From Octopus bimaculoides (lineage: Eukaryota): a stretch of DNA of 50,377 bases. Shown piece by piece: positions 36,690-49,111 of the stretch. The stretch spans positions 4,164,865 through 4,215,241 of the forward strand of contig NC_068985.1 in the NCBI RefSeq assembly GCF_001194135.2, given 5' to 3'. Below the pieces are notes generated by a model, which saw only the letters and a program-made list of their open reading frames with translations, was not told the origin of the DNA and searched no databases. A program made the translations under genes and the position numbers. Position 1 is the stretch's first letter. Every line of letters begins with the position of its first letter.

Positions 36690-36944
36690 GACCATTATTA
36701 ACAGCGGTACTGCTGCTGTTGTTCTATTGTTTACTCTCAGATCGACTCGGGTCAAATGGACAGAATGATAGAACCATTCAAATGGTCACCGACCCATCCT
36801 TCCGTCTTGGCGATGTTGAAGATTTTGTCCATATCAAAGATTATCCAATTTGGCCCCTTCTTGCTTTAAGAGGGTGAAGATTCATTAGGGAGGATATTTT
36901 GGCTACTCGTCCCACCATGTAAGATTCCTCTTTTCCTATATTTC

Positions 36945-37015
36945 AAGTGACCCCTCATCACCAGGCCACGGACCAGTACCAGATCCGAGTTCATTTGATA
37001 CCAGGATGCAAAGAA
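36945..37015 (+). mobile_element. Possible 5' end of a hAT MITE
   Basis: CCAGGCCACGGACCAGTACCAGATCCG resembles the subterminal GGCCRCGGACCRGTACCGGTCCG motif of Charlie/MER1-like elements. Confidence 0.35.
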
Positions 37016-37104
37016 ACAATAATTTCTTTTTAATTATATTTTTATTTTATTGCCAATCGTAATTTGTTTTTACTTTATATATGTATTGCCTTTTTTTTAT
37101 CATT

Positions 37105-37315
37105 TATCTTTTTACTTTCAGTCATTGGATTATGGCCATGCTACAGCACCGCCTTAAACGGTTTAGTCTGACGAACCAACGATCCCAGTATTTTAGTTTG
37201 TTTATTTTTATTTGCCCCCCGTACTTATTTTGTTGATCTCTTATGCTGAACCTCTATGTTGTTGGGACGTAAAAAAACCAGCACCGGTTACCCCGCATTA
37301 TTGGGGACAAGCACA
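37105..37315 (-). mobile_element. SINE family B 3' part, degenerate
   Basis: TTCAGTCATTGGATTATGGCCATGCTACAGCACCGCC..GGACGTAAA..GGGGACAA. Confidence 0.65.
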
Positions 37316-37948
37316 AACACACACTCATGCATATATATATATATATATATATATANNNNNNNNNNNNNNNNNNNNNNNNNNNNNNNNNNNNNNNNNNNNN
37401 NNNNNNNNNNNNNNNNNNNNNNNNNNNNNNNNNNNNNNNNNNNNNNNNNNNNNNNNNNNNNNNNNNNNNNNNNNNNNNNNNNNNNNNNNNNNNNNNNNNN
37501 NNNNNNNNNNNNNNNNNNNNNNNNNNNNNNNNNNNNNNNNNNNNNNNNNNNNNNNNNNNNNNNNNNNNNNNNNNNNNNNNNNNNNNNNNNNNNNNNNNNN
37601 NNNNNNNNNNNNNNNNNNNNNNNNNNNNNNNNNNNNNNNNNNNNNNNNNNNNNNNNNNNNNNNNNNNNNNNNNNNNNNNNNNNNNNNNNNNNNNNNNNNN
37701 NNNNNNNNNNNNNNNNNNNNNNNNNNNNNNNNNNNNNNNNNNNNNNNNNNNNNNNNNNNNNNNNNNNNNNNNNNNNNNNNNNNNNNNNNNNNNNNNNNNN
37801 NNNNNNNNNNNNNNNNNNNNNNNNNNNNNNNNNNNNNNNNNNNNNNNNNNNNNNNNNNNNNNNNNNNNNNNNNNNNNNNNNNNNNNNNNNNNNNNNNNNN
37901 NNNNNNNNNNNNNNNNNNNNNNNNNNNNNNNNNNNNNNNNNNNNNNNN

Positions 37949-38203
37949 CGTCCTGAGGTCGATTTGCTCGACTAAAGGCGGTGCCCCAGCATGGCCACAG
38001 TCAAGTGACAGACACAAGTAAAAAAATAAAAGAGTAATATATATGATATAATGATATAGATATGTATCTATATATATGCATATATTATATAGATACATAT
38101 CTATATCATATATATTACTCTTTTATTTTTTTACTTGTGTCTGTCACTTGACTGTGGCCATGCTGGGGCACCGCCTTTAGTCGAGCAAATCGACCTCAGG
38201 ACG
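37949..38203. repeat. About 255-bp loopless palindrome made of two SINE tails, centred on ATGCAT (38076-38081)
   Basis: Arms are identical apart from small indels in the TA-rich centre. Confidence 0.95.
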
Positions 38204-38582
38204 TATTCTTTGTAAGCCTAGTGCTGATTTTATTGGTATATTTTGCCGAACCGTTAGATTACAAGGACGTAAAGACACCGACATCGGTTGTCAAGCGATG
38301 GTAGGGGGACAAACAGATACACAAATACGTGCATATATATATAATATTAGGGATAAAAATTCAAATTTACAGGTAAAAACTCAATTAAACTCAATTTATC
38401 AAAAATTAAAATTAAATTAAGTTTCACAGTATAAAATATAGACAGTATAAAATATAGACAAAAGAACCAAAGTTCATGAACTCATCTATGAAAATCCACA
38501 GTCGCATATAGAAAAATTAATCAGTAAATGCACGATAAATAAGTATAATATAATGCAAAGTAAAAATCATAAAATAATGATA

Positions 38583-38613
<31 letters not shown>

Positions 38614-38752
38614 CGATGGGAATTTTTTTAGTTCCCGTCTACCAAATCCACTCACAAGGCTTTGCTTGACCTGAGGATACAGCAGAAGACACTTGTTCAA
38701 GGTGCCACGCAGTGGGACTGAACCCGGAACCATGTGGCTGTTAAGCAAGCTA
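38115..38752 (-). mobile_element. SINE family B (head 38611-38752, tail 38115-38325) split by an AT-rich insert
   Basis: Head and tail are collinear on the minus strand; about 240 bp of unrelated sequence sits within the internal (TA)n. Confidence 0.8.
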
Positions 38753-39234
38753 CATATAATATATTATATTATATTATATTATATTATATTATATTTCATT
38801 ATATTTGTAATATTTAATTTATATATTATGCTTACGACTACCATCCTCGCTCCCAGTGTTTAGAAAAATTGTCTTGCTTAAAGCGAATGCAATGTGCGAA
38901 AATGGTGGGGGAGCGCTGCTTTAGCCAATCCCGTTTCAGATCGGAACAAGGATACACGCTCGCTCCTTCGACATTCTAATTGACATCTCCCCTTTATGGA
39001 ATCCGAATCGCCTACTTATATAACAAGCAGACCTGATGCAGAGAACCACCTACAAACAAGGAGATGCAAAAATAGACGGTCATAGGAACTCTACACTTAT
39101 TTAATAAAGAGAGAAGTAATTAAGTGTGTGCATGTGTGTGTGTGTGTGTGTGTGTCTGTGTGTGTTTAAAAGTGTTTTGATAACAAGTTATCGATTGCAT
39201 TCGCCAATACATACATTCCGTTACTATCCTAACG

Positions 39235-39305
39235 GACACACAGACAAACAGACACACAGACAAACAGACACACAGACAAACAGACACACAGACAAACAGA
39301 CACAC
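39235..39305. repeat. 16-bp tandem repeat GACACACAGACAAACA, 4.4 copies
   Basis: Units start at 39235, 39251, 39267 and 39283. Confidence 0.95.
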
Positions 39306-39549
39306 GAGTGAACGTTATAGCAAGGCACACATGCACACAAACACAATTTTTTCCGCCGACCAAATCAATATGAGGAGTACTAGATAGACTTTGGTGGTGC
39401 TGAAATTCTGTAGAATCTGTTGCTTGTGTGTGTTTGGAATAATCATGATGAGATGAAAAACTTAGCAGCAAAGGTTGCGGCGTGATGTTCGATATAGGAA
39501 TCCTTTAGATAAAAGGATGTTTTTAAACCGATTCACTACACACGCCAAA

Positions 39550-39587
<38 letters not shown>

Positions 39588-39923
39588 GAGCATGCATGCG
39601 TGTACTGTGCGTGCGTGCGTGTGCAAGTGTATGTATGTAAAACTGTGTATATGTGTGTGAGAGAGAAAGATTATTCCTATGGATATTAATCTCCAATAAG
39701 CGTTATATAAATAAGTACGTACGCAGCCCTTGTACATGTTATATGAGATATATGTCATACATGTTCATGTTGCACATGGATATACACATAATATATATAT
39801 GTAGATATATGCATTATATGTAGAGAGAGTGAGAGGGAGAGAGAGGGAGGCAGAGAGGGAGGCAGAGAGAGAGAATAATACAAATAGATAAATAGAAACA
39901 GAAATGGATAGGAGAGTGAGAGC

Positions 39924-39928
<5 letters not shown>

Positions 39929-39990
<62 letters not shown>
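39929..39990. repeat. (AAAG)n microsatellite
   Basis: Direct reading. Confidence 0.95.
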
Positions 39991-39991
<1 letters not shown>

Positions 39992-40266
39992 AAAAAGTGG
40001 TAGATAAATGCTCGTATATATGTTCCAATATACTGCTAATTATAGAAATTAATTGAAATTAATTGTTACGAGGCTTGTGTTTACAATACATGAATATTTA
40101 TCAGAGATAAATGTGTGAGGTGATTGCGAATGCGCTCGTTGTGTCCACGGTGTATTTATGCTTGGATAGACGAGTATTGGTATCCAAAGTTGCAATTATC
40201 AACACATGAGTGCATAGATAGACTGATAGACAGATAGATATAGGCATAAATAGAGATATACATATA

Positions 40267-40504
40267 CAGCAATCCTTCGGCATATCGAGGTTCACCTATC
40301 GCCGTTCACCTACAGCGGTTTATGATTTAAGCTTACGACGATTCCTCCGTGAATTTGTTTTGCATTTATAATAAAATAAGAATATACAAATTATAAAAAT
40401 AATTAAAATAAAATGTACCCTACAGTGCTGTTTCTACTTCGCGGATTTTCACCTATCGCGGGTGTTTTTGGAACGTAACACCCGCGATAGCCGAGGTATT
40501 ACTA
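40267..40504. mobile_element. Degenerate pogo/Tigger-like MITE
   Basis: 5' CAGCAATCCTTCGGCATATCG versus 3' reverse complement TAGTAATACCTCGGCTATCG; subterminal 12-bp hairpin CTATCGCGGGTG..CACCCGCGATAG; TA on the left only. Confidence 0.55.
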
Positions 40505-40619
40505 GACATATATATTTCTACTTACGTTATATTTATAAGCATAAACATCCATATACTTAAACATGAAACATATATACACAAAAACGTATGTATACATATA
40601 TTAAATACATATATATTCT

Positions 40620-40825
40620 TTTATTCTTTCGTTTGTTTCAGTCATTTGACTGTGACCATGCTGGAGCAACGCCCTCAGTTTAAAAAAGATCGACTCCAGG
40701 ACTTATTCTTTGTAAGTCTAGTACTTGTTCTATCGGCGTCTTTTGCCGAACCGCTATTCACAGAGATGTAAACACACCAGCATCGGTTGTCAAGCGATGT
40801 TGGGGTACAAACACGGTCATACAAA
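40620..40825 (-). mobile_element. SINE family B 3' part
   Basis: TTTCAGTCATTTGACTG..CATGCTGGAGCA..CTTTTGCCGAACCGCT..CATCGGTTGTCAAGCGATG. Confidence 0.85.
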
Positions 40826-40841
40826 CACACACACACACAAA

Positions 40842-40882
<41 letters not shown>

Positions 40883-41735
40883 NNNNNNNNNNNNNNNNNN
40901 NNNNNNNNNNNNNNNNNNNNNNNNNNNNNNNNNNNNNNNNNNNNNNNNNNNNNNNNNNNNNNNNNNNNNNNNNNNNNNNNNNNNNNNNNNNNNNNNNNNN
41001 NNNNNNNNNNNNNNNNNNNNNNNNNNNNNNNNNNNNNNNNNNNNNNNNNNNNNNNNNNNNNNNNNNNNNNNNNNNNNNNNNNNNNNNNNNNNNNNNNNNN
41101 NNNNNNNNNNNNNNNNNNNNNNNNNNNNNNNNNNNNNNNNNNNNNNNNNNNNNNNNNNNNNNNNNNNNNNNNNNNNNNNNNNNNNNNNNNNNNNNNNNNN
41201 NNNNNNNNNNNNNNNNNNNNNNNNNNNNNNNNNNNNNNNNNNNNNNNNNNNNNNNNNNNNNNNNNNNNNNNNNNNNNNNNNNNNNNNNNNNNNNNNNNNN
41301 NNNNNNNNNNNNNNNNNNNNNNNNNNNNNNNNNNNNNNNNNNNNNNNNNNNNNNNNNNNNNNNNNNNNNNNNNNNNNNNNNNNNNNNNNNNNNNNNNNNN
41401 NNNNNNNNNNNNNNNNNNNNNNNNNNNNNNNNNNNNNNNNNNNNNNNNNNNNNNNNNNNNNNNNNNNNNNNNNNNNNNNNNNNNNNNNNNNNNNNNNNNN
41501 NNNNNNNNNNNNNNNNNNNNNNNNNNNNNNNNNNNNNNNNNNNNNNNNNNNNNNNNNNNNNNNNNNNNNNNNNNNNNNNNNNNNNNNNNNNNNNNNNNNN
41601 NNNNNNNNNNNNNNNNNNNNNNNNNNNNNNNNNNNNNNNNNNNNNNNNNNNNNNNNNNNNNNNNNNNNNNNNNNNNNNNNNNNNNNNNNNNNNNNNNNNN
41701 NNNNNNNNNNNNNNNNNNNNNNNNNNNNNNNNNNN

Positions 41736-41774
<39 letters not shown>

Positions 41775-42107
41775 CATACGTATAGATGTAGGTATGCACA
41801 TATGCTTATGTATATATGCGTATATATAGATATTATTTATATCATTATATGATTGAACGCCACGCATTCTCTTCCAAGTAAGACATACACAAGTTCGTTC
41901 TTCCAAAGTGTTCAACAGACGTGACTGTTGAATGTGTGTATGTATACGTGTGTGATCACACACACACACATGCATATGTTTGTGTGTATACCTGTATAGT
42001 CACATATGGCAGTATATATCTGTATGCGTATGTGTATTTTCGTGTTATACGCGAACTTATTCGCGTATATAAGTTAATATATACACTGTACTTATATGTA
42101 AATAAGC

Positions 42108-42143
<36 letters not shown>

Positions 42144-42301
42144 ATAGAGAGATATATATATGTATGTATGTATGCATGTATGTATGTATATATATATTCA
42201 CACAATAATACCTATCTGTCAATATCTATCTATCTTGCGATCTATCTATGTATCTATTTATCTATCTACCTATCTATCTATTTCTGTATATCACTGTTCC
42301 G

Positions 42302-42348
<47 letters not shown>

Positions 42349-42851
42349 GGACCAGTGTTTATATATGCCACGCGCTTTAATGCAGTAACTGCAGAGTGTG
42401 TCACAGTTGCTCAGTAGCTTAACATTTCCTGATGTAATCCATTTATAATCGGTTAACCAAGCCAGTAGAACGAAACCGGTGGTTTATGTATGACATGCCT
42501 ATCCTTCGGCGAATTAGCAGCAGAGATGCAGAAGGATAACTAAAACCGGCATTCGTAACCGAGTCGCTTTTATGCATATTTCATGCTTTATTTTATGTAT
42601 ATTTCCACATCAATCCTCATCGTATTTAAAGAAACCTTACACATCACGATATGTGGACATCTCTGCAAGTGTGTGACCGTTAGTGAGTGAGTTTCTGTAA
42701 GCGCGTCCGTATGTATAGATAGGTTAAGTACACACGCAAGGAGATATATCTGCTTACCTATCTATCTGTCTCTCTATCTGTCTGTCTGTCTATCTATCTA
42801 TCTATTTATGCTTATGTATTTATGCTTATGTTGACAGATAAACAGGCATAC

Positions 42852-42918
<67 letters not shown>

Positions 42919-43194
42919 GGTTTGTGCGGATGTTATGTTTTGCGAGCGTGCATCACACACACACAGGTTTGAATTAACATACGGGAGATGTAGTACTCCT
43001 TCCTTCCAAGTTACTGAGTTTATTCGTTCGAAGCTATTCACTCCGTCACTGCTCGGTGCTTCACTCTATATTTAACAGTGATAACGGACAGAGGCCAATA
43101 CACACTTATATGTATAAACACAATCGATGTATATATGGATGAATGAATGTATGTATGTATGCAAGTACGTATGGCTTAATAAATACGTGTGTGT

Positions 43195-43197
43195 TGC

Positions 43198-43232
<35 letters not shown>

Positions 43233-43651
43233 GTGTGTTATGTTTGTGTTGCTTGTGTGTGCGTGTTGTGTGCGTGTTGTGTGCTCTGTGTGTGTGTGCG
43301 TGCTGTGTGCTCTGTGTCGGTGTGTGTGTGCGTGTTGTGTGCACTGAGTGTGTGTGCGTGTTGTGTGCACTGAGTGTGTGTCTGTGTGTGTGTGTGTGTG
43401 TTGTGAGATCTGTGTGTGTATGTGTTGTGTGTGTGTTCTGTGTGTTGTGTGTGTGTTCTGTGTGTTGTGTGTGTGTTGTATATGTTGTATGTGTGTGTAT
43501 GTTGTATGTGTGTGTGTGTTGTGTGTGTGTTTGTGTTATGTGTGTATGTTGTATATGTGTGTGTGTTGTGTTGTGTGTTGTGTGTGTGTAGTGTGAGTGT
43601 GCGTGTTGTGTGCCCTGTGTGTGTGTTGTGTGCGTGTTGTGTGTGTGTGTG

Positions 43652-43688
<37 letters not shown>

Positions 43689-43710
43689 CGCGTGTGTGTG
43701 TGTGTGTGTG
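43195..43710. repeat. Long degenerate (GT)n array with recurring GTGTT phase shifts
   Basis: Direct reading. Confidence 0.92.
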
Positions 43711-44659
43711 AGAATACAAAAACCCGAAAACAATGAAACAGATGCCCTGGCTGAATGGTAGAATGAAATCTTGTTGTCGAACCGGTGTTCGCATGTGAAG
43801 GTGACTAGATGGATGTTTTAAACGGGTGGTTAATTACTTGTTAAAGTGGGTAATTATCGATTGATAGATTACTTGAATGAATGATTGAGGCAGTGAATCA
43901 GTGGAATAAAGGAGGAACAGTAGCAGAATACATCTGTGAAAGTGAGTGACTTTTGATCTGCAAAGAATCAAGTAACTTAGCCGTGTTTGTATATATTAAG
44001 TCGCTGTGGGATCAACGAGCACCTGCAGGCATTGAGGGTTTCGCTCGACTGATCGGATATAACTACCCCTCAAATCACACCCTAATTATTTGTTAAAGCT
44101 TCATTAAATAATACAACCTGTAGCTTGAAAAACAAAAAGGACTGGATAGCCACAACTGGAAGGCTTTTGGTCAAAGATTTGCTCGATTAGGGCTGGCCGA
44201 TGGCGAAATAACGATGTTAAAAGATTGCTAAATGGAACGGTGACAATTCCCAAGGGTCCCTTTCGACTTGTTTTTTACGTATTAACTGCCCTCAAATAAT
44301 AGCCTATTCCTTTAAAATAACGGATGGACGTATGGGATTAAGTTCATCTAGGTGTAGGAAAACAGAGACGAGAGGGTCACGGCTAGAGAATATTTTATAG
44401 TAGATCTGTTTGTCTGTTGATGGAGAAAAACTTGACCTCATGTTGCACAAATAACAAGGATGCACTTGCGTAGAATAATATACATACATACATACATATA
44501 TGCATGCATACATGTATGTATATATNNNNNNNNNNTATACATGCATAAATATAGACGGATAGATGGATATAGATGTAGATATCTTTAAAAATACAATTTA
44601 TCAGAAAAAATAGATATCAAGAAAAATATCTAGTCTCCTTCATTCTGTTATCCACCGCA

Positions 44660-44766
<107 letters not shown>

Positions 44767-44890
44767 CGATGATGATGATGATGATGATATAACCAATAAT
44801 AAACATCAGCTATGATACAGTGAGACAACAGCGTGACCGAAGTATCTAAATGTAGTTTAAAACTGCACACTCCCACACGCATATAACTTA

Positions 44891-44938
<48 letters not shown>

Positions 44939-45356
44939 NNNNNNNNNNTGTGTGTGTTTGTGTTTGTGTGTGTGTGTGTTTGTGTTTGTGTGTGTGTGTG
45001 TTTGTGTGTGTGTCTATGTGTGTGTGCGTGTTTAATCTGCAACCATCCTCATAGTAATAGCAACAAACAACCATAAAACAAGCGACCACGGGGACGACTG
45101 TTTACAGCACACACAGACATGAAACCAGCATTAAGCAAGTCGAAGGCCTCAATATTGGAGCTTGACCTTAAACGAGTAACAGCCAAATTGCCTCAAATTA
45201 AACCCTTCCGTCAGAAAACAGAAACAGAAAAGGGACCAATAATTAATCTAGGACTCGATTTAGAACGATGACATATGAGAAGAAATGAAAATATAGAACG
45301 GTTATTTTACGGTTGAACCCTGTTGATTAATGAACCCAGACATGGGTTGGGGTTTA

Positions 45357-45574
45357 CGAGAGGGTGTTGAAAAGTTCCTGGCTTTTAAGGGTCTCGCGAA
45401 AGGCCTGGCTGGAGGCCCAACCTTCCGAGTTCTTTTACAGGGTTTAGAAAAACTGAAGGACTGCTGCAGTAAGTGTGTGAATCTGAGAGGGGAATATGTT
45501 GAATAAAATCATAATTAACTGATCCCCCTGTATTTTCTTTTGCCAAAAGCCAGGAACTTTTCATCGCTCCCTCG
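45357..45574 (+). mobile_element. Mariner internal-deletion derivative (218 bp) with TA TSD
   Basis: TIRs CGAG..TGAAAAGTTCCTGGCTTTT at both ends; transposase C-terminus WLEAQPSEFF(frameshift)QGLEKLKDCCSKCVNLRGEYVE* at 45406-45506. Confidence 0.9.
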
Positions 45575-46193
45575 TATGACAACAGTACAAACCATTAAGG
45601 GAACATCTAGTGGAGTAGAACAATGTGTTAGTAATAGCAACCAAATGTCATTTTTCTTCTTAAAGAGGGTATTATATATTGGACTACTAGCAATTGTACC
45701 CGATCTTGCCTGAATTTATGGGACGTATAAAGAGAACTGATACGACCTGTGACCTAGTCTTTGATAAGATCTTCCCTTTGATAAAATCTCAACTGTTTAG
45801 GAGCAATTGGACGGCTTGTAACTTGTAAAATTCACTCGGACGTAATAAGATGGACAAAATAACACAATCGTCTCGTTGTTCATCTTGCTCTGCAGATCTG
45901 CTCGTTCAAGAACGATCCCGCAACCAAACAACAACAGCGGTTAGTTTCTCACCGCATCTACGGACGGACCCAATAAACATTGGTTCAATTAGCTAGATAT
46001 AGAAGCTAAATGGAAGGGCACAGTGAGAAGTATAATCGTATTTATAACAGAATCAGCGATTCTTGACAGCCGGAATCCTCTTTCAACACAGGGCTGTTCG
46101 AATAAGTCCGACTCGAGTCTGAACAACTACACCAAAATAACAATAGTAATGTGTGTGTGTGTGTGTGTGTGTAGATAGATAGATAGATTGATT

Positions 46194-46265
<72 letters not shown>

Positions 46266-46589
46266 CTTATCAATATTTAAATATTGATACAGATGGACAG
46301 ACAGAAATAGANNNNNNNNNNNNNNNNNNNNNNNNNNNNNNNNNNNNNNNNNNNNNNNNNNNNNNNNNNNNNNNNNNNNNNNNNNNNNNNNNNNNNNNNN
46401 NNNNNNNNNNNNNNNNNNNNNNNNGCACGAAACACTTGCCATAGTAGTAAGATTTAAAAATAGGGAGCAGAGAAGACAATAAAGAAAGGAAGAAGTTGGA
46501 TTTCATGCGGAAAACGGATGAAGGTTAAACCTACCTTAGCTTTGCCTGTCATGAAATATTGGGGCTGAAGTGGTCAGCGATGCGAACAG

Positions 46590-46992
46590 CGGTTATAAAC
46601 ACGGTCCATTGTAAAATGCCAAGACGCGAGCATTACACGTGCTCATCACCATCGTAGTCATCATCATCATCGTCGTCATCATAAGCATCATCGTAGTCGC
46701 ATTTCGTCTGGTAAACGTCGTCGTCGCGGCCGTGGCGTTGGTCGTCGTCGTCGTCGTGGTGGTGGTGGAAGCCGGCGTCATCGTCGCTGTCATCATTGTC
46801 CTTAAGTTAAGAACGACATCAACACCACCAGCAGCCACAACAAGAGCAACAGCAACAACAACAACAACAACGACGACGACGACAAGCAAACGTAGAAAAC
46901 AAACTAACAATTCATTGGGAACCTCCTGCTGCTGCTGTTGTTGTTGTAGCTGTTCTTGTTGATGTTATTGATGATGATGTTATTGATGATGT

Positions 46993-47033
<41 letters not shown>

Positions 47034-47189
47034 GTAAATCCGATGCCGGAGCTTAAAGGTGTCCAAGAGAGAAATATATTTGCAATATATATATATATTA
47101 TATATATAAGTATGTATGTGTATATATACGTATATGTATATATGTGTGTGTGTGTGTATGTACACAACACAGATGGAGAAAGAGAGAGG

Positions 47190-47229
<40 letters not shown>

Positions 47230-47320
47230 ACGATGCAGAAATACAACTTCGGTGGATGTCACAGACTCGCGAAATAACAACACAAGCAACAGCAGCAGCA
47301 GCGGTAGCAGCAGCGGTAGC

Positions 47321-47373
<53 letters not shown>

Positions 47374-48025
47374 ATGGTGCAGTATCAACACGAGCGCAAG
47401 CAAGGGCAGCGCTGTGTGTGGCAGCGGCGGCTGCTGGAGCCACCTTGCAATCGTATCAACAGCAAAACAAAACAAAAAAAAGAACAAAAACCCCACTCTG
47501 CTGGTTTTGGCGGCGACGGCGACGGCGACGGCGAGCAGCAGCAGCAGCAGCAGCAGCAGTAGTGGTGGTGGTGGTGGTGGTAGTAGTAGAAGGGAGAGTG
47601 TCAGACACGCTAGGAAGAGTAAGAGAAGCGGAGTGCTTCTCGGAACAGAGCGCGTGTGTGTNNNNNNNNNNNNNNNNNNNNNNNNNNNNNNNNNNNNNNN
47701 NNNNNNNNNNNNNNNNNNNNNNNNNNNNNNNNNNNNNNNNNNNNNNNNNNNNNNNNNNNNNNNNNNNNNNNNNNNNNNNNNNNNNNNNNNNNNNNNNNNN
47801 NNNNNNNNNNNNNNNNNNNNNNNNNNNNNNNNNNNNNNNNNNNNNNNNNNNNNNNNNNNNNNNNNNNNNNNNNNNNNNNNNNNNNNNNNNNNNNNNNNNN
47901 NNNNNNNNNNNNNNNNNNNNNNNNNNNNNNNNNNNNNNNNNNNNNNNNNNNNNNNNNNNGTGGTGGTGGTTGTGGTGGTTGTGGTGGTGGTGGTGGTGAT
48001 GGTGATGGTGGTGGTAGTAGTAGTG

Positions 48026-48059
<34 letters not shown>

Positions 48060-48208
48060 AAGAAGAAGAAGAAGAAGGTTTGCTCCCGTCCTTCTTTCCC
48101 TGTTGCTGTGAAAGTATAAAAAAAGGGGAACGACTTGAACCTGGGGAGAGGGGATTCTGGTCGGGGGGAGCTGAGTTAGCTGTGGTGGTGGCGGTGATGG
48201 TAGTGATA

Positions 48209-48280
<72 letters not shown>

Positions 48281-48720
48281 TGAGGGGTGGCACTGGTATT
48301 GGTGGTAGTGGTTATAGTAGTGATGGTAGTGGTAGTGCTGCTGCTGCTACCGTTGTGAGGATTCTGTTGGTGTTGGCACGGGCGCGTGGTGGTAGTCTTG
48401 TTGGTAGTAGTGACAGTGATACCACAGCGCTGACGGTTTCGGTGGGAGTGCTGACGGTGTCGAGGGTGGAATGTAATTGTTGATAGTCTCAGAGATGCTA
48501 ATTGTGACGGAAGAGTTGGTGATGGCGTTGAAGAATTATGGCAATGGAACAATTATAAGAGATAGTCATAGAGTTTCTGGTGCTGTTAGAATCGGAGGCG
48601 GTGGGGGTAGACTAAACGCTACAGAGCGGTGGAGTCTTAAGGCTGTTGATGGAACCAGTCACAGAACCATTACCATCGACAGAAGAGACACAATTGCTTT
48701 CTCAATCTTTACTTTTAGAA
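46590..48720. repeat. GC- and CpG-richer low-complexity trinucleotide domain
   Basis: Mosaic of GTC, CAT, CAA, GAT, AGT, AGC and GGT runs with short unique linkers; no recognisable protein domain. Confidence 0.75.
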
Positions 48721-48811
48721 GTAATCTGAACTACTTACGACTTTTTGTCTGTCGCCAGTATTATTCCGTAGACATACCTGACGCGACACATATGCCTAAG
48801 CGGAGTATCAA

Positions 48812-48860
<49 letters not shown>

Positions 48861-48884
48861 TGCAAGTTTTATGTGAGTATGTGT

Positions 48885-48922
<38 letters not shown>

Positions 48923-48929
<7 letters not shown>

Positions 48930-49111
48930 ATTTGGGGATGGCCATATTGCCAGTTTAGCCAATAAAAACACACGCACTGTATATTTGGTGTTAATTTGCT
49001 TCAGCTTTATATTACATTACATTACAGTAATCCTATTTCGGCCAGAGTTCTTTCGTCACACTTCTGTGACCTGATCAGTGGTCCTTTGCTTTCTTCTTTC
49101 TTATGTGTGTC
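48923..49111 (-). mobile_element. Penelope pLTR-like repeat, hammerhead family 3, copy 2
   Basis: Reverse complement of 10132-10328; the motif at 49040-49084 has CUGAUCA (G8C). Confidence 0.75.

Noticed and set aside
48114-48122. TATAAAA as a TATA box
   Set aside because: A single short motif in AT-rich DNA is uninformative without TSS data.
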